In this document: positions 50,177-63,768 of the stretch, one piece after another
Layout: each line of letters begins with the position of its first letter
Numbering within the stretch: the stretch's first letter is position 1
Assembly (NCBI GenBank): GCA_002633005.1
Contig: NMRA01000039.1
Span: forward strand, 489,225-553,224
Length of the DNA stretch: 64,000 bases
From: Phoronis australis
Taxonomy: Eukaryota > Animalia > Phoronida
Reading direction: 5' to 3'
Notes under the pieces: model-generated
Told to the model about the DNA's origin: nothing
What the model saw: the letters and a program-made list of their open reading frames with translations, nothing else
The model's database searches: none
Made by a program: the position numbers and the translations under genes

Positions 50177-50355
50177 TAAGTTAGTTCATAAATATGAAAC
50201 CTTCAACGTGCCGTCGGTTAGGGCTAATGCAGAGGCCTCATTGACGAAACCCGTCGTTTTATTTTGAGCTGTCCAGACATTATCCGGAAGTCGCAGTGTT
50301 CGTGATTCGTGTCGTGGAGTTCAACTTCATCTTGATGTTTGGCTTTTAGTACGAC

Positions 50356-50454
50356 CACAGGCGTCCTCAGCTTCTGATCGTCCCCAATACACAATAATAT
50401 AAAGGCCTACATATATACTGTATTGGAGACGATCAGAAGCTGAGGATGCCTGTG
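50356..50454. mobile_element. 99-bp hairpin MITE with an 8-bp TSD (hAT-like)
   Basis: 36-bp arms with 2 mismatches; flanks agtacgac / agtacgaa. Confidence 0.72.
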
Positions 50455-51160
50455 AGTACGAACTAGTATTTAGTCTCGTTTTAACTAGACATAGCCAGCC
50501 AGATCAATGACCATCGCCTCTGTTGGCCCGACAACGTCTTATTGCCTTATTGGTCGCACAGCAATGGGGCGGTAACTTGACACATTTGGGAATTACATTT
50601 CGAATCATCTCTGACGTGCTTCGATGACTCGTAACGTGTCAGAAAAGACCCGCCAGAAGGTGACGCTAGGGGCATTCCATACCTATACAGGCGCTTTCAT
50701 ACGCCGGAAACATTTCGGCGAATTATGCCTTGCACCCTCTAGTGTATGCTCACACCGACTAAAACATCATCAAAGTCATATTATAAATACCGTATCCGTA
50801 CTTATAAGGCTTATGCGCATAGAGTTACACTTAGGCTGTCGATGGAATTAATTTCTTTCAGCTCCAACACATTCTGTTTTCAATGGTTTAGACGCTTGGC
50901 TGTCGCTTGTGTAACCTGGGTTCAAGTCTCGGGTCACTGAAATTTTCTACATAGGCGTTATTTATTTTTCGATAGGGAGAAGGTCATTGCTGTTTGTCAC
51001 TTAATAGTGATGGTCAGCATATGTTTTTGATTTCTGGTATACACTTTTCTATATTACAGAAAAGAGCAAGTTAACAGAAATGGTAACTTCAGTTAATAGA
51101 TGAGCGTATGCTACTGGTATTAGTAGTAAATTGCTGAAGTCCTTTTTTTCACTCAAGGTA

Positions 51161-54100
51161 ATGGATTCAGAAGTGACAACCAGATCATGGGAGAACTTCA
51201 AAATGCCAGATAAACGATACTTCTTCAAAATGACCTTCAGGAACAGTGGCCGTGATCATGGATATGAAGTTTCGTGGACAGACATGATGTCGGTGTGGAC
51301 AGAGAGTGTAGGGGAGGAGGTGATCAAACAACGAACACAGGTATATCATTACAGGTAAATTCTCTCAATAGCAATGCAAGTGTTACAAAACTGCCTTCCA
51401 TTAGAGAAATGATGTAGACCGTTTACTGCTATAAAATTGGGCTCAATTTGTTCCTCGCTCAGATAAGTATTCAGTGACGGTTCGTTAGTTCTCATGACCA
51501 CACTCAGCATCTAAAATAACTCACCGTGACAAGGCAATGTATTGAGTCTTGTCTCAATTCAATGACACGTGTTAGTTCTCCCAAATCCATAAGTCACCTC
51601 GCAGAGAAGACGAAATGAAAAAATTGCAACCATTTTTACATCGGCAAGTTGTCTCGATCAAAAGTTACTTTTGACAAAAACTCTTTTTGAAGCAGCTTTA
51701 AAGTTAATAGGTAGCTAAGGATTTTCAAGTGCCTTCAAAATGCCTGCAGGTTTTAATGGTGCTTAGAAATTTAGATAAAGAGGAAGAATTCTTCCTCTTG
51801 GATCAGCAATGGATTTTAAAGTTAAGGTAACACCTGGGAGGCTGTCCAGTATGATTGGTATCTTATGAGTGTGGTGAGAATATGCATTGGCTTCAACAAA
51901 GTACCTTTACGTGTTACAAGCAAATGACAGGAGTCCACAACTTTCATAAATTTATTGATTGGCATTAGTGCACCTGTGGTTTCAGACACTGAACCCTGGC
52001 ATAGAAGTTCCAGTTGACACTCTGTTGACACATCTCGAAGCCAACACCAGGCCAGAACATTGCTCAATGACCGAGGTCCCAGGCGAAGGTATGATGGTAG
52101 ATCTCAACATGGATTTGTCGGGTATACCATTTGGATGGCGATTTCAGTGCACCCAAATGCCACAGAAGCAGGTTTGTAATTCTTACATTATTAGAATATA
52201 TTGTATCCATACACATACAAGTCGGTGTGTTAGTAATTGGAATCCTGACAAAGAAGAGTGTGTCTACACATGTGTCAAATTTATGCACATTTACCATAGA
52301 CCACCTATTTATAGATTTCTGCATAAGCTCACCAACTCTATTGTTCATGTCAGTAGGTTAGGCACCCCTAAGTCTGCCTGAGGGACAGTGTTGATTGTGC
52401 TCATCTGCTCCAGGTCTCTCCAAGCTGTAACCTCAATACACTATATGCAATAGGCCTACCACCACTGTTATTGACATTTTGTGTTGACAGCTTCTTGAGA
52501 CTTTCATTCATCCATTGATGATTATGACAGCAGAGCTCTACCGACGTCAGGCATTCCTGGTTGATCTACTTCAGAAAAAAGATGTCGAGATCGAAGATTA
52601 TCAAATGCAAGGCTTCAGTACTACGCGAAGTATGAAATACATTTTATTTTGTTATTTTAAGAGTATTATCTTATAATAGCTTTTTAAGAAATTTCTGCAC
52701 ATCAGCTCAGAAAGTCCTAGAAAGCTAGTTGAAATCTGCAATTTGTTTTTCTATGTAAAACACTAGAATTGACAAAAATTGAAAAGTGATTATTTGACAG
52801 TTTTGGTTATAAACTCCAAAAAAAAAACGAAAAGCGACCACTGATGTTACGTGAGACAAGCGCCTGTGGTCATATCATAACATCTTGATTCATCACCTGG
52901 CTTAAGGTCATGTTGGAGCTTAGAAAATTTCCTAATTTGGCTACCGAACATCATATCTCAGAAAGAGGCTGATATGATTAGATTCATATGAAACTTTCAG
53001 ATACTGGGCTCTTTGCATTGTTCTCTATAATACTGTTCTCGTGTAGGTTTATTTGCTAACCACTGAGACTTTCACCCGTCATGTACTACTGGCTTCACCA
53101 CAATGACCTAGTTACGCAGATTAAAGCGTTTTAGACTGTGAAGATGGATACATTCCTGGAAAGATCACAAAAATCACCCACAACAGGCATCACGACCCTC
53201 TATTAGTAGGGTCAGAGGCGTGTTGCTACCTTACGTGTATTATTGGGGTCTTGCTACACATTTGCCATCTAGCGTCGGTCTGTGTTAATGGGTCATTCTG
53301 CTGTAGCCAGTCATCCATGACCGGCAAAAGTTTCAATGGTGAGCAAATAACTTGCATGTGTCATAATGCTGGTAGGAATTGTTTTCAAAGTGTTCCACTT
53401 TTGATTAAGGGGCTATTGTAACTATGACTTTTATGATTTTCACAAAAAAAATCTAAAGTTGCATAAAACGAATACGAGTGACATTTTGGCAAATTGTCAC
53501 TGTGTTTTGAGATTTCGTTTTGAACATTTACGTCAAAAAATCAATTTCTTTGGGCTTTCTACTTTCAAAATACGTATACTGTAATGTAGTTCAAGTTATG
53601 TAAATATACTGTAATGTACTTTAAAGTCTTTTTAAGTATTTGACGAAATACACAGACTAGCCATTAATGCCCTACATATTAACCTTCATTTCCTGTTTTA
53701 GAACGTATCAAGACCAAACCATTTGATGAGACAGAGTTTGCTGACTCAATGCTCAAGTCGAAGGTGAGATAAGTGAGGTTTCCCATCCAAAGTTCATCTA
53801 TTTACTTGTTTCTGAAAGACAATAATCTTGCGTTCCCATGAAGGTTCTATCAGTACATCATCATGTGCAATCCATCAGACTTCATTTTATATGAATTCAC
53901 GAAGGACGCCCTGAACCCTCTGTTCGAAAATTTCTGTGAAAAAGTGAATTACTGTACAGTCCCAATTACATACCACAGTAAGTTTCATATTAAATATTTT
54001 GTTGAAAAGGTGACATCTGGATATCAGGTGCTCGGATGTCTGATCTACAATCTACCAATTTGCAGGTTAGCTGACCCGCCTCCATCCGTCCTGACGTAGT

Positions 54101-57100
54101 ATCCATCATCTGTATTCGTAATTTTGTCGGTTTAAGTTTCGTGTTGTTTATTGTGTGCATAAAATCACATAAAACTGTAATTATTGTTTTGACTCTTATA
54201 TCATTCATTGGTGTTTGTGTAAAGGGTGATGCAGAGGAAAGGGAGATTAAATTAAATAAATTATTCAAAAACTTTGCTGCTAAGTTCATGGGTAGGCTGA
54301 AATTTTTGTTGTTTTGGAGAACTGTGTGCTATTATGGTGTACAATGACGTTGTGTTTCCTAGACCTGCATGAAAACTGCACTCTTCCCACGTCCAGTTTT
54401 CTATGCCGAAAATAGGCAAAATTTGTTTTGGCATCCATCTTGCGTAACCCCCTTTGCGTTCTTCACTGTATTGCCAAGTAAGCCTGCGCAGGATTGACAT
54501 ACTTGGTATGCAGTTACTAAGGCCCAGTGTGAACCTCTTTTTTGGTACATAGTTGTGTTGTAATGTTGCACCGGCATTCTTTGGATTTGTACCATATCTT
54601 TTACATGTATCCACATGTCTGTTGTCCTCACATTATGTTAAAGATGCATGGTATCATTAAATTGGGAATATGCAAATGAAGTACTAATTTACAAACAACC
54701 CAGGGCCTCCAGTATGCCGGAATCACAATCTCGCGAAAGTCTCGTTTTTTGAAACTATCGTCATGTAAATGAGTGTGGTAATATTTCATCGTTACCGTAA
54801 TGAAACAAGGCACAGTTTTTATTATTTGTTTATTTCACTATCAACTAACAATTGCATAATATTTGAAATGTCTTGGGTTTTCTGTATGTTAACACTTGTT
54901 TTTTAGTTTATCAGCTGTAGTGTTTTCTTTAAAACCACAATGTGTTTACAAATTGTTTCTTTTCCTGATTATACTTGTTCACACAGTTCTCCAGGAAGTC
55001 ATAAGGTGGCGCTTACTACTAATTTAAATATTCACGATTTTAATGAGACATGGCATCTTTCATGGTCATTTTTAACTTTGGTCCACTCTTTCAGGAGTTT
55101 GACTCAGTGATAAGGTCAAGCCATGACCTTGTGTTTGATGACCCAATCCGAGGTTTGTTCGACAGTATAATGAAACGACAGCGAGAGCTACAATATGGGA
55201 ATGCCTTACAGAACGGTGTGTTGACGATCTAAACCTGCTATGAATCTACCTTCCATAAATTTAGCCTACTACTGATTACACAACCTACGGCTATACAGTG
55301 TTTTCCACAGCAGAAAATTCAAGTAAAGCCAGAGTTATAAACTTCATGTCCTTGTTCAAAAGTCCATGTAGATACTATTAGGAGTTTATGTGTTAAGTTT
55401 TGGAATAAATCAACTGAACTGATACCAAAAATCCAAAATGTCCTAATTTGCTTACGGAATGACTAATCTCTCCCAATACTTCAAACTGGTTGCATGCGTT
55501 TTGGAACTTAATGCAAGCACGTCAAACTCGTCCCACAAAATTCAAACTTGATGGAGTGACAAGTCAAAAACAGATTGTGGAGATCAGTGCTACAAACTTG
55601 GGACCATAACCACCAAACTTTACTCAAAACTGTACTCTGATGGCAAATTGCATGACACGCTTCAAGTAATTTTTTCGAGCTTCTCACGACACGATTGGTC
55701 AACTTTTAGCCTCGTCTTGATTAGTGTTCTGTGGTCAGGGTCTTCAATCTCTGCTTGTTCACTTCTCGGATGAGAATTAGTTTCTGGGTTTGAAAGAATT
55801 GACAATGAGTTCTTCTTCAGACAAAGCGCGTCACATAATATGATCCTGCGTGATGAGCCATATTGATGAACCTGTTTTCAACAAATAATGATTGGTCACC
55901 ATCTTTCTAAGCCTGAGATTACCTCCAATAGAGCCTTCCCCGATTACAGAGCGCTAGAACTCTCCTTCGTCCCGGAGATAAGAAAGTACCGGATCTCGTT
56001 TTGGAAATAAGAGCACATTTTCATTAATATCAGGAAGGTGAAGAATGTGACGTCTCACATCCACGGGTGTTCATCCAGTTTATCAAACTTTCTCCCGTCG
56101 GAGTTGCTGCCCGCACACAGCAGTAATACATTATTAGCACTGGAAGGACGAGTAGAGTAATGAAATCGAAAGAAGACTTGTTAAGGATCGAACAAAAACA
56201 AATAACGTCAAATTTCAATGACAAATGTGCCTGATGGATGCTAATAACATTGTAGGTAAATACATCGAGATTTGAGTGTCACTGTGTAATTCAGGGACGG
56301 CTTTATTTGAATAAGGAACTACTGGAGAAAGCTCGATTGATTTTAACGATGTCTAATTTATTAAGTGGTTGCATGGTTCTCTGTGGCACAGTGGCTTGCG
56401 AGCCTGATTTCTTTACACATAAACAAGGCTGTAGAATGCTCCAGACTATGGTTCTATTTTCTAATCACTTATATTAGTGATGGAACATTCTTCCAGAATG
56501 TCCTCTATTTTTCTCTTGTAATGTAAACAAATTATATCATCACTAACCTGACCCTGTGGAACATTCTCCTGGAGTGTTCTCTAGTATTCTATTGTAAACA
56601 AATTACGTCATCATTAACCTGACCCCATGGGTCAAGTCAGTCAAGTGCTATCTGCTAGTAAACAAATAGGACAACAAAATACAACGTGTAGAACCAGAAT
56701 TAGTGGCACACTACTACAAACACTTACTGTTTTCGAAGGCAGAAAATTAGTTATGCCAGTGAGCACTTCTGCATTCAAATTCTTTGTGTTCTAAATGACA
56801 TTGTTCAGTATTCATCTAATGCTTGCTGTTTTCCAGTGGATGATAACATGGATGTTCCTACAGATGTCTCCGCCGGTGCAGTTAGTGCTCCACCACAACA
56901 ACATGTATCGCCAAAGAAGTCTGACGACAATTTGCTAACTGAGGTATGCAAATAGCGCTTGTTTTGAGAATTTCTGTTATACACACAGTTAGTGTCCAGT
57001 GTTTGAGTACTTCTGATCAGGTCAGGCCCCACGCTCTAATCTTTTTACTCAAAACTGAAATTATTTTAGGAATTTTCTAATTGTATTTTCGTGGGAATTC

Positions 57101-57745
57101 AAGATAAGTGTGTTTATTATCCGGTGATTGAGTACATAAGGGCATGGATAACGTTCTAACCCAAATTTACACTTGATGACTCCAGCGTGAAGGCTAAAAG
57201 TTATGACAAAATGAAACCAGTTCAGGTAACCTGTTGTGACATGTACGCAGCATAGTGGAAGAGCACTTGACTGAAGAATTGGTGAAAACGTAAACTTGCC
57301 GATGGGTAACATTGTATTTCATGGCACCAAATGCCGACGAATTAGATCGCTCCACAATTTTAACTGCCCTATGTTTCTAACATCGGTAAATAATTTTTTG
57401 TTAACTCAACGAAGAGTGTAGTTTTTAATGACACTAATTTTGTGTCAAATTTAGGGTTCATTTAGTTTCATTACCCACATCAGCACAAAGCTAAATATTT
57501 AGTATGCAGCTTTGCACCAATGCTAAAGATATGTTTGAGTAACATATGAGTGCTTAACAGGTACTTTTTAATGCAAGCAAGTAACATTTTGAAATCATTG
57601 CTAAGTATGCCACCTGTTGAATAATTTTAACATTAATCCATGACAATGTTTATTCTTGTTTTTTTTGGTCAGGACGAGGAGAGGGAACGCCGTGAGGCAC
57701 TCAATAGACGTCTAGCTGAGAAGAGGCACCTTAAGGTTGAGAAAG
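51161..57745 (+). CDS. NHEJ1: non-homologous end-joining factor 1 (XLF/Cernunnos); exons 51161-51340, 51986-52171, 52491-52629, 53702-53763, 55095-55215, 56837-56943, 57673-57745 (cut by n; completed at 63769-63838); about 298 aa
   Basis: Phase-matched GT-AG exons. Motifs D...VW.E.V....I..R...LN, LSGIPF.W.F.C, PLM.M..L, LLQKKD.EIEDYQ..G, R.KT.PFDE..F and a basic C-terminal tail follow the XLF layout. Confidence 0.9.
56283..56718 (-). mobile_element. possible solo LTR
   Basis: Minus strand TGTAGT...ACA termini, AATAAA shortly before the 3' end, internal duplicated block with GAAnnTTC arrays; TSD not convincing. Confidence 0.35.
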
Positions 57746-57746
57746 N

Positions 57747-60700
57747 GTTAGTAATTGGAATCCTGACAAAGAAGAGTGTGTCTACACATGTGTCAAATTT
57801 ATGCACATTTGCCCATAGACCACCTATTTATAGATTCCTGCATAAGCTCGCAAACTCTATTGTTCATGTCAGTAGGTTAGGCACCCCTAAGTCTGCCTGA
57901 GGGACAGTGTTGATTGTGCTCATCTGGTCCAGGTCTCTCCAAGCTGTAACCTCAATACACTATATGCAAGTTAAGCCTACCACCACTGTTATTGACATTT
58001 TGTGTTGACAGCTTCTTGAGACTTTCATTCATCCATTGATGATTATGACAGCAGAGCTCTGTCGACGTCAGGCATTCCTGGTTGATCTACTTCAGAAAAA
58101 AGATGTTGAGATTGAAGATTATCAAATGCAAGGCTTCAGTACTACGCGAAGTATGAAATGCATTTTATTTTGTTATTTTAAGAGTATTATCTTATAATAG
58201 GTTTTTAAGAAATTTTTGCACATCAGCTCAGAAAGTCCTAGAAAGCTAGTTGAAATCTGCAATTTGTTTTTCTATGTAAAACACTAGAATTAACAAAAAT
58301 TGAAAAGTGATTATTTGACAGTTTTGGTTATAAACTCCAAAAAAAAAAAACGAAAAGCNAATTTGTTTTTCTATGTAAAACACTAGAATTGACAAAAATT
58401 GAAAAGTGATTATTTGACAGTTTTGGTTATAAACTCAAAAAAAAAAAACGAAAACCGACCACTGATGTTGCATGAGACAAGCGCCTGTGGCCATATCATA
58501 ACATCTTGATTCATCACCTGGCTTTAAGGTCATGTTGGAGCTTAGAAAATTTCCTAATTTGGCTACGGAACATCATATCTCAGAAAGAGGCTGATAGGAT
58601 TGGATTCGTATGGAACTTTTGGATACTATGCTTTTTGCATTGTTCTCTACAATACTGTTCTCGTGTAGGTTTATTTGCTAACCACTGACACTTTCACCCT
58701 TCATGTACTACTGGCTTTCACCATAATGACCTAGTTACTCAGATTAAAGCGTTTTAGACTGTGAAGATGGATACATTCCTGGAAAGATCACAAAAATCAT
58801 CCACAACAGGCATCACACCCCTCTATTAGTAGGGTTAGAGGCGTGTTGCTACCTTACGTGTATTATAGGGGTCTTGCTACAGATGTGCCGTGTAGCGTCG
58901 GTCTGTGTTAATAGGTCATTCTGCTGTAGCCAGTCATCCATGACCGGCAAAAGTTTCAATGGTGAGCAAATAACCTGCTTGTGTCATAATGCTGATAGGA
59001 ATTGTTTTTAAAGTGTTCCACTTTTGATTAAGGGGCTATTGTAACTATGACTTTTATGATTTTCACGAAAAAAATCTGAATACGAATGACATTTTGGCAA
59101 ATTGTCACTGTGTTTTGAGAACATTTACGTCAAAAAGTCAATTTCTTTGGGCTTTCTACTTTCAAAAAACGTACTATACTGTAATGTAGTTCAAGTCTAT
59201 AGTTATGTATAAGTATTTGACTAATTACACAGACTTGCCATTAATGTCCTACATATTAACCTTCATTTCCTGTCTTAGAACGTATCAAGACCAAACCATT
59301 TGACGAGACAGAGTTTGCTGACTCAATGCTCAAGTCGAAGGTGAGATAAGTGAGGTTTCCCATCCAAAGTTCATCTATTTACTTTACTTGTTTCTGCAAG
59401 ACAAGAAACTTGTGTTCCCATGAAGGTTCTATCAGTACATGTGCAATCCATCAGACTTCATTTTATACGAATTCACGAAGGACGCCCTGAACCCTCTGTT
59501 CGAAATTTTCTGTGAAAAAGTGAATTACTGNGAACCCTCTGTTCGAAAATTTCTGTGAAAAAGTGAATTACTGTACAGTCCCAATTACATACCACAGTAA
59601 GTTTCATAAATATTTTGTTGAAAAGGTGACATCTGGATATCAGGTGCTCGGATGTCTGATCTACAATCTACCAATTTGCAGGTTAGCTGACCCGCCTCCA
59701 TCCGTCCTGACGTAGTATCCATCAGCTGTATTCGTAATTTTGTCGGTTTAAGTTTCGTGTTGTTTATTGTGTGCATAAAATCACATAAAACTGTAATTAT
59801 TGTTTTGACTCTTATATCATTCATTGGTGTTTGTGTAAAGGGTGATGCAGAGGTAAGGGAGATTAAATTAAATAAATTATTCAAAAACTTTGCTGCGAAG
59901 TTCATGGGTAGGCTGAAATTTTTGTTGTTTTGGAGAACTGTGTGCTATTATGGTGTACAATGACGTTGTGTTGCTTAGACCTGCATGAAAACTGCACTCT
60001 TTCCAGTTTTCTATGCCGAAAATAGGCAAAATTTGTTTTGGCATCCATCTTGCGTAACCCCCTTTGCGTTCTTCACTGTATTGCCAAGTAAGCTTGCGCA
60101 GGATTGACATACTTGGTATGCAGTTACTAAGGCCCAGTGTGAACCTCTTTTTGGTACATAGTTGTGTTGTAATGTTGCACCGGCATTCTTTGGATTTGTA
60201 CCATATCTTTTACATGTATCCACATGTCTGTTGTCCTCACATTATGTTAAAGATGCATGGTATCATTAAATTGGGAATATGCAAATGAAGTACTAATTTA
60301 CAAACAACCCAGGGCCTCCAGTATGCCGGAATCACAATCTCGCGAAAGTCTCGTTTTTTGAAACTATCGTCATGTAAATGAGTGTGGTAATATTTCATCG
60401 TTACCGTAATGAAACAAGGCACAGTTTTTATTATTTGTTTATTTCACTATCAACTAACAATTGCATAATATTTGAAATGTCTTGGGTTTTCTGTATGTTA
60501 ACACTTGTTTTTTAGTTTATCAGCTGTAGTGTTTTCTTTAAAACCACAATGTGTTTACAAATTGTTTCTTTTCCTGATTATACTTGTTCACACAGTTCTC
60601 CAGGAAGTCATAAGGTGGCGCTTACTACTAATTTAAATATTCACGATTTTAATGAGACATGGCATCTTTCATGGTCATTTTTAACTTTGGTCCACTCTTT

Positions 60701-61243
60701 CAGGAGTTTGACTCAGTGATAAGGTCAAGCCATGACCTTGTGTTTGATGACCCAATCCGAGGTTTGTTCGACAGTATAATGAAACGACAGCGAGAGCTAC
60801 AATATGGGAATGCCTTACAGAACGGTGTGTTGACGATCTAAACCTGCTATGAATCTACCTTCCATAAATTTAGCCTACTACTGATTACACAACCTACGGC
60901 TATACAGTGTTTTCCACAGCAGAAAATTCAAGTAAAGCCAGAGTTATAAACTTCATGTCCTTGTTCAAAAGTCCATGTAGATACTATTAGGAGTTTATGT
61001 GTTAAGTTTTGGAATAAATCAACTGAACTGATACCAAAAATCCAAAATGTCCTAATTTGCTTACGGAATGACTAATCTCTCCCAATACTTCAAACTGGTT
61101 GCATGCGTTTTGGAACTTAATGCAAGCACGTCAAACTCGTCCCACAAAATTCAAACTTGATGGAGTGACAAGTCAAAAACAGATTGTGGAGATCAGTGCT
61201 ACAAACTTGGGACCATAACCACCAAACTTTACTCAAAACTGTA
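57747..61243 (+). repeat. near-identical second copy of NHEJ1 region ~52229-55633 (exon 3 at 58012-58150, exon 4 at 59279-59340, exon 5 at 60704-60824)
   Basis: Bounded by single-n joins; differs by SNPs and small indels; short overlaps are repeated at n 58359 and n 59531. Most likely an uncollapsed haplotype. Confidence 0.8.
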
Positions 61244-61244
61244 N

Positions 61245-62646
61245 TTTTCGCTAGGACGTCTACTTTTCGAGTTATTTGAGATTTTCTGATAACGCTGTTC
61301 CTTTGTTGAGCGCTCTTGCTGCATTGATTTTGGTTTATCTTCTATTGAACTAGACTGTAGCCTATTTCTTATTGATTTATGACATCTAAGTTCGTCATAT
61401 GAATGTTGTGATGTTGTTCATCATCGCCACCACCGTCATCATATTCGTCATCATCGTCATCATCTTCGTAATCATCCTTTTTTTTTCGCACGATACAGGT
61501 CGCAATTTTCGTCCGATCATCACGAAATTTACACATAACACGTACTTCCGGAAGTACTGGAAGCCTATTGTTTTTCGTCAAAATCGGATCCAAGATGGCG
61601 GCTGTGGTGGCCATTTTGTTTCCATTTAAAGGTTCAAATGCTTCTGGAGGCTACAATTTTTTACGTAAAAGGCTAAGAATCGGCACAGTAAATGGACCGG
61701 AAGTTTGCTACAAGTAAACCGGAAATTGTTTACTTCCGATTAACGATGGCGGAAATATCGGCGATCGCGCATGCGCACCTCGATTTTGGCCTAAAAACGT
61801 TTTCTCCTCTAGAGGGCGTATTATAAGACAAATTTCTTCGAATTTTTACAGGTATTAGTTTCTTGTAACATGCTATTATACTGACCCAAAAAACCGGAAG
61901 TTGCTTTCAAGATGGCGGATCTGGCGCATGTTGACCCATTTTCAGTCGTGCTGGAGTGCGATTTTAAACGGGAAGAGAAAAAGACGTGATTTTTTGCATG
62001 TGGATTCTTTAAAGTATATTCTTACAAATGGCCTGTAACAATTTTTTTCTCAGACTTACCGTTTTCGAGATATTTGACTTTGAATTTCTTAAAAATAACG
62101 CAAAACTTCATTTTTTTCAAAAAATTTACGGAATTAGGCGATACCATCAGTTTAGATAGAATTTTGAACGGGCTTTCAGAAGATGTTTTCCATTTTTCGT
62201 TAGGACGTCTACTTTTCGAGTTATTCGAGATTTTCTGATAACGCTGTTCCTTTGTTGAGCGATCTGGCTGTATTGATGTTGGTTTATCTTCTATTGAACT
62301 AGACTGTAGCCTATTTCTTATTGATTTATGACATCTAAGTTCGTCATATGAATGTTGTGATGTTGTTCATCATCGCCACCACCATCATCATATTCGTCAT
62401 CATCGTCATCATCTTCGTCATCATCTCCGTTGTTACAGTATCTTTTCGTTAATTTCGCCAAGTGTCGCACAAGACTGTATCCTTTTTCTTACTGATTTCG
62501 GACTTATACGTTCGTCATGTGTATGTCATTATTACTTCTTTTGTTCATCCTCGCCACCATCGAAGTCATATTCGTCATCTTCGTCATCATCTTTATCGTC
62601 ATCTTTGTGGTTAATTTCGCCAAGGTTCGCTCCTCGGAGCGCTATC
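61245..62646. mobile_element. inserted repetitive element with an internal direct repeat, absent from the other copies of this intron
   Basis: ~225-bp direct repeat (61245-61470 vs 62195-62425), (TCA/TCG)n tracts, two CAAGATGGCGG motifs, terminal hairpin CGCTCC-TC-GGAGCG; family unassigned. Confidence 0.55.
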
Positions 62647-63767
62647 ATTTGTTTATTTCACTATCGACTAACAATTGCGTAATATTTGAAATGTTTTGGG
62701 TTTTCTGTATGTTAACACTTGTTTTTTAGTTTATCAGCTGTAGTGTTTTCTTTAAAACCACAATTTATTTATAAATTGTTTCTTTTCCTGATTATACTTG
62801 TACACACAGTTCTCTTGGAAGTCATAAGGTGGCGCTTACTACTAATTTATATATTCACGATTTTAATGAGACATGGCATCTTTCATGGTCATTTTTAACT
62901 TTGGTCCACTCTTTCAGGAGTTTGACTCAGTGATAAGGTCAAGCCATGACCTTGTGTTTGATGACCCAATCCGAGGTTTGTTCGACAGTATAATGAAACG
63001 AATCTAAACCTGCTATGAATCTACCTTCCATAAATTTAGCCTACTACTGATTACACAACCTACGGCTATACAGTGTTTTCCACAGCAGAAAATTCAAGTG
63101 CAGCCAGAGTTATAAACTTTATGTCCTTGTTCAAAAGTCCATGTAGATACTGTTAGGAGTTTATGTGTTAAGTTTTGGAATAAATCAACTGAACTGGTAC
63201 CAAAAATCCAAAATGTCCTAATTTGCTTACGGAATGACTAATCTCTCCCAATACTTCAAACTGGTTGCATGGGTTTTGGAACTTAATGCAAGCAAGTCAA
63301 ACTCGTCCCACAAAATTCAAACTTGATGGAGCGACAAGTCAAAAACAGATTGTGGAGTTCAGTGCTACAAACTTGGGACCATAACCGCCAAACTTTACTC
63401 GAAACTGTACTCTGATAGCAAATTGCATGCCAAGCTTCAAGTAATTTTTTCGAACTTCTCACGACACGATTGGTCAACTTTTAGCCTCGTCTTCATTAGT
63501 GTTCTGTGGTCAGGGTCTTCAATCTCTGCTTGTTCACTTCTCGGATGAGAATTAGTTTCTGGGTTTGAAAGAACTGACAATGAGTTCTTCTTCAGACAAA
63601 GCGCGTCACGTAATATGATCCTGTGTTAAGCCATATTGATGAACCTGTTTTCAACGAATAATGATTGGTCACCATCTTTCTAAGCCTGGACATTACCTCC
63701 AATAGAGCCGTCCCCGATTACACAGCGATAGAACTCTCCTTCGTTCCGGAGATAAGAAAGTACCGGA
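62647..63767 (+). pseudogene. third, more diverged copy of the NHEJ1 exon 5 region with a 48-bp deletion removing the exon end and donor
   Basis: Matches 54823-55993. The exon starts at 62918 and reads ATGAAACGA|ATCTAA at 63001/63002, giving an in-frame stop. Confidence 0.65.
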
Positions 63768-63768
63768 N

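Noticed and set aside
57747-61243. Apparent tandem duplication of NHEJ1 exons 3-5
   Set aside because: It begins at an n in the middle of the last exon, which resumes after another n at 63768. Near-identity and repeated overlaps at the n joins indicate uncollapsed haplotype or contig redundancy.
61369-61629. Acidic and hydrophobic ORFs (DDDDD / IIVII)
   Set aside because: Translation of (TCA/TCG)n microsatellite inside a repeat.
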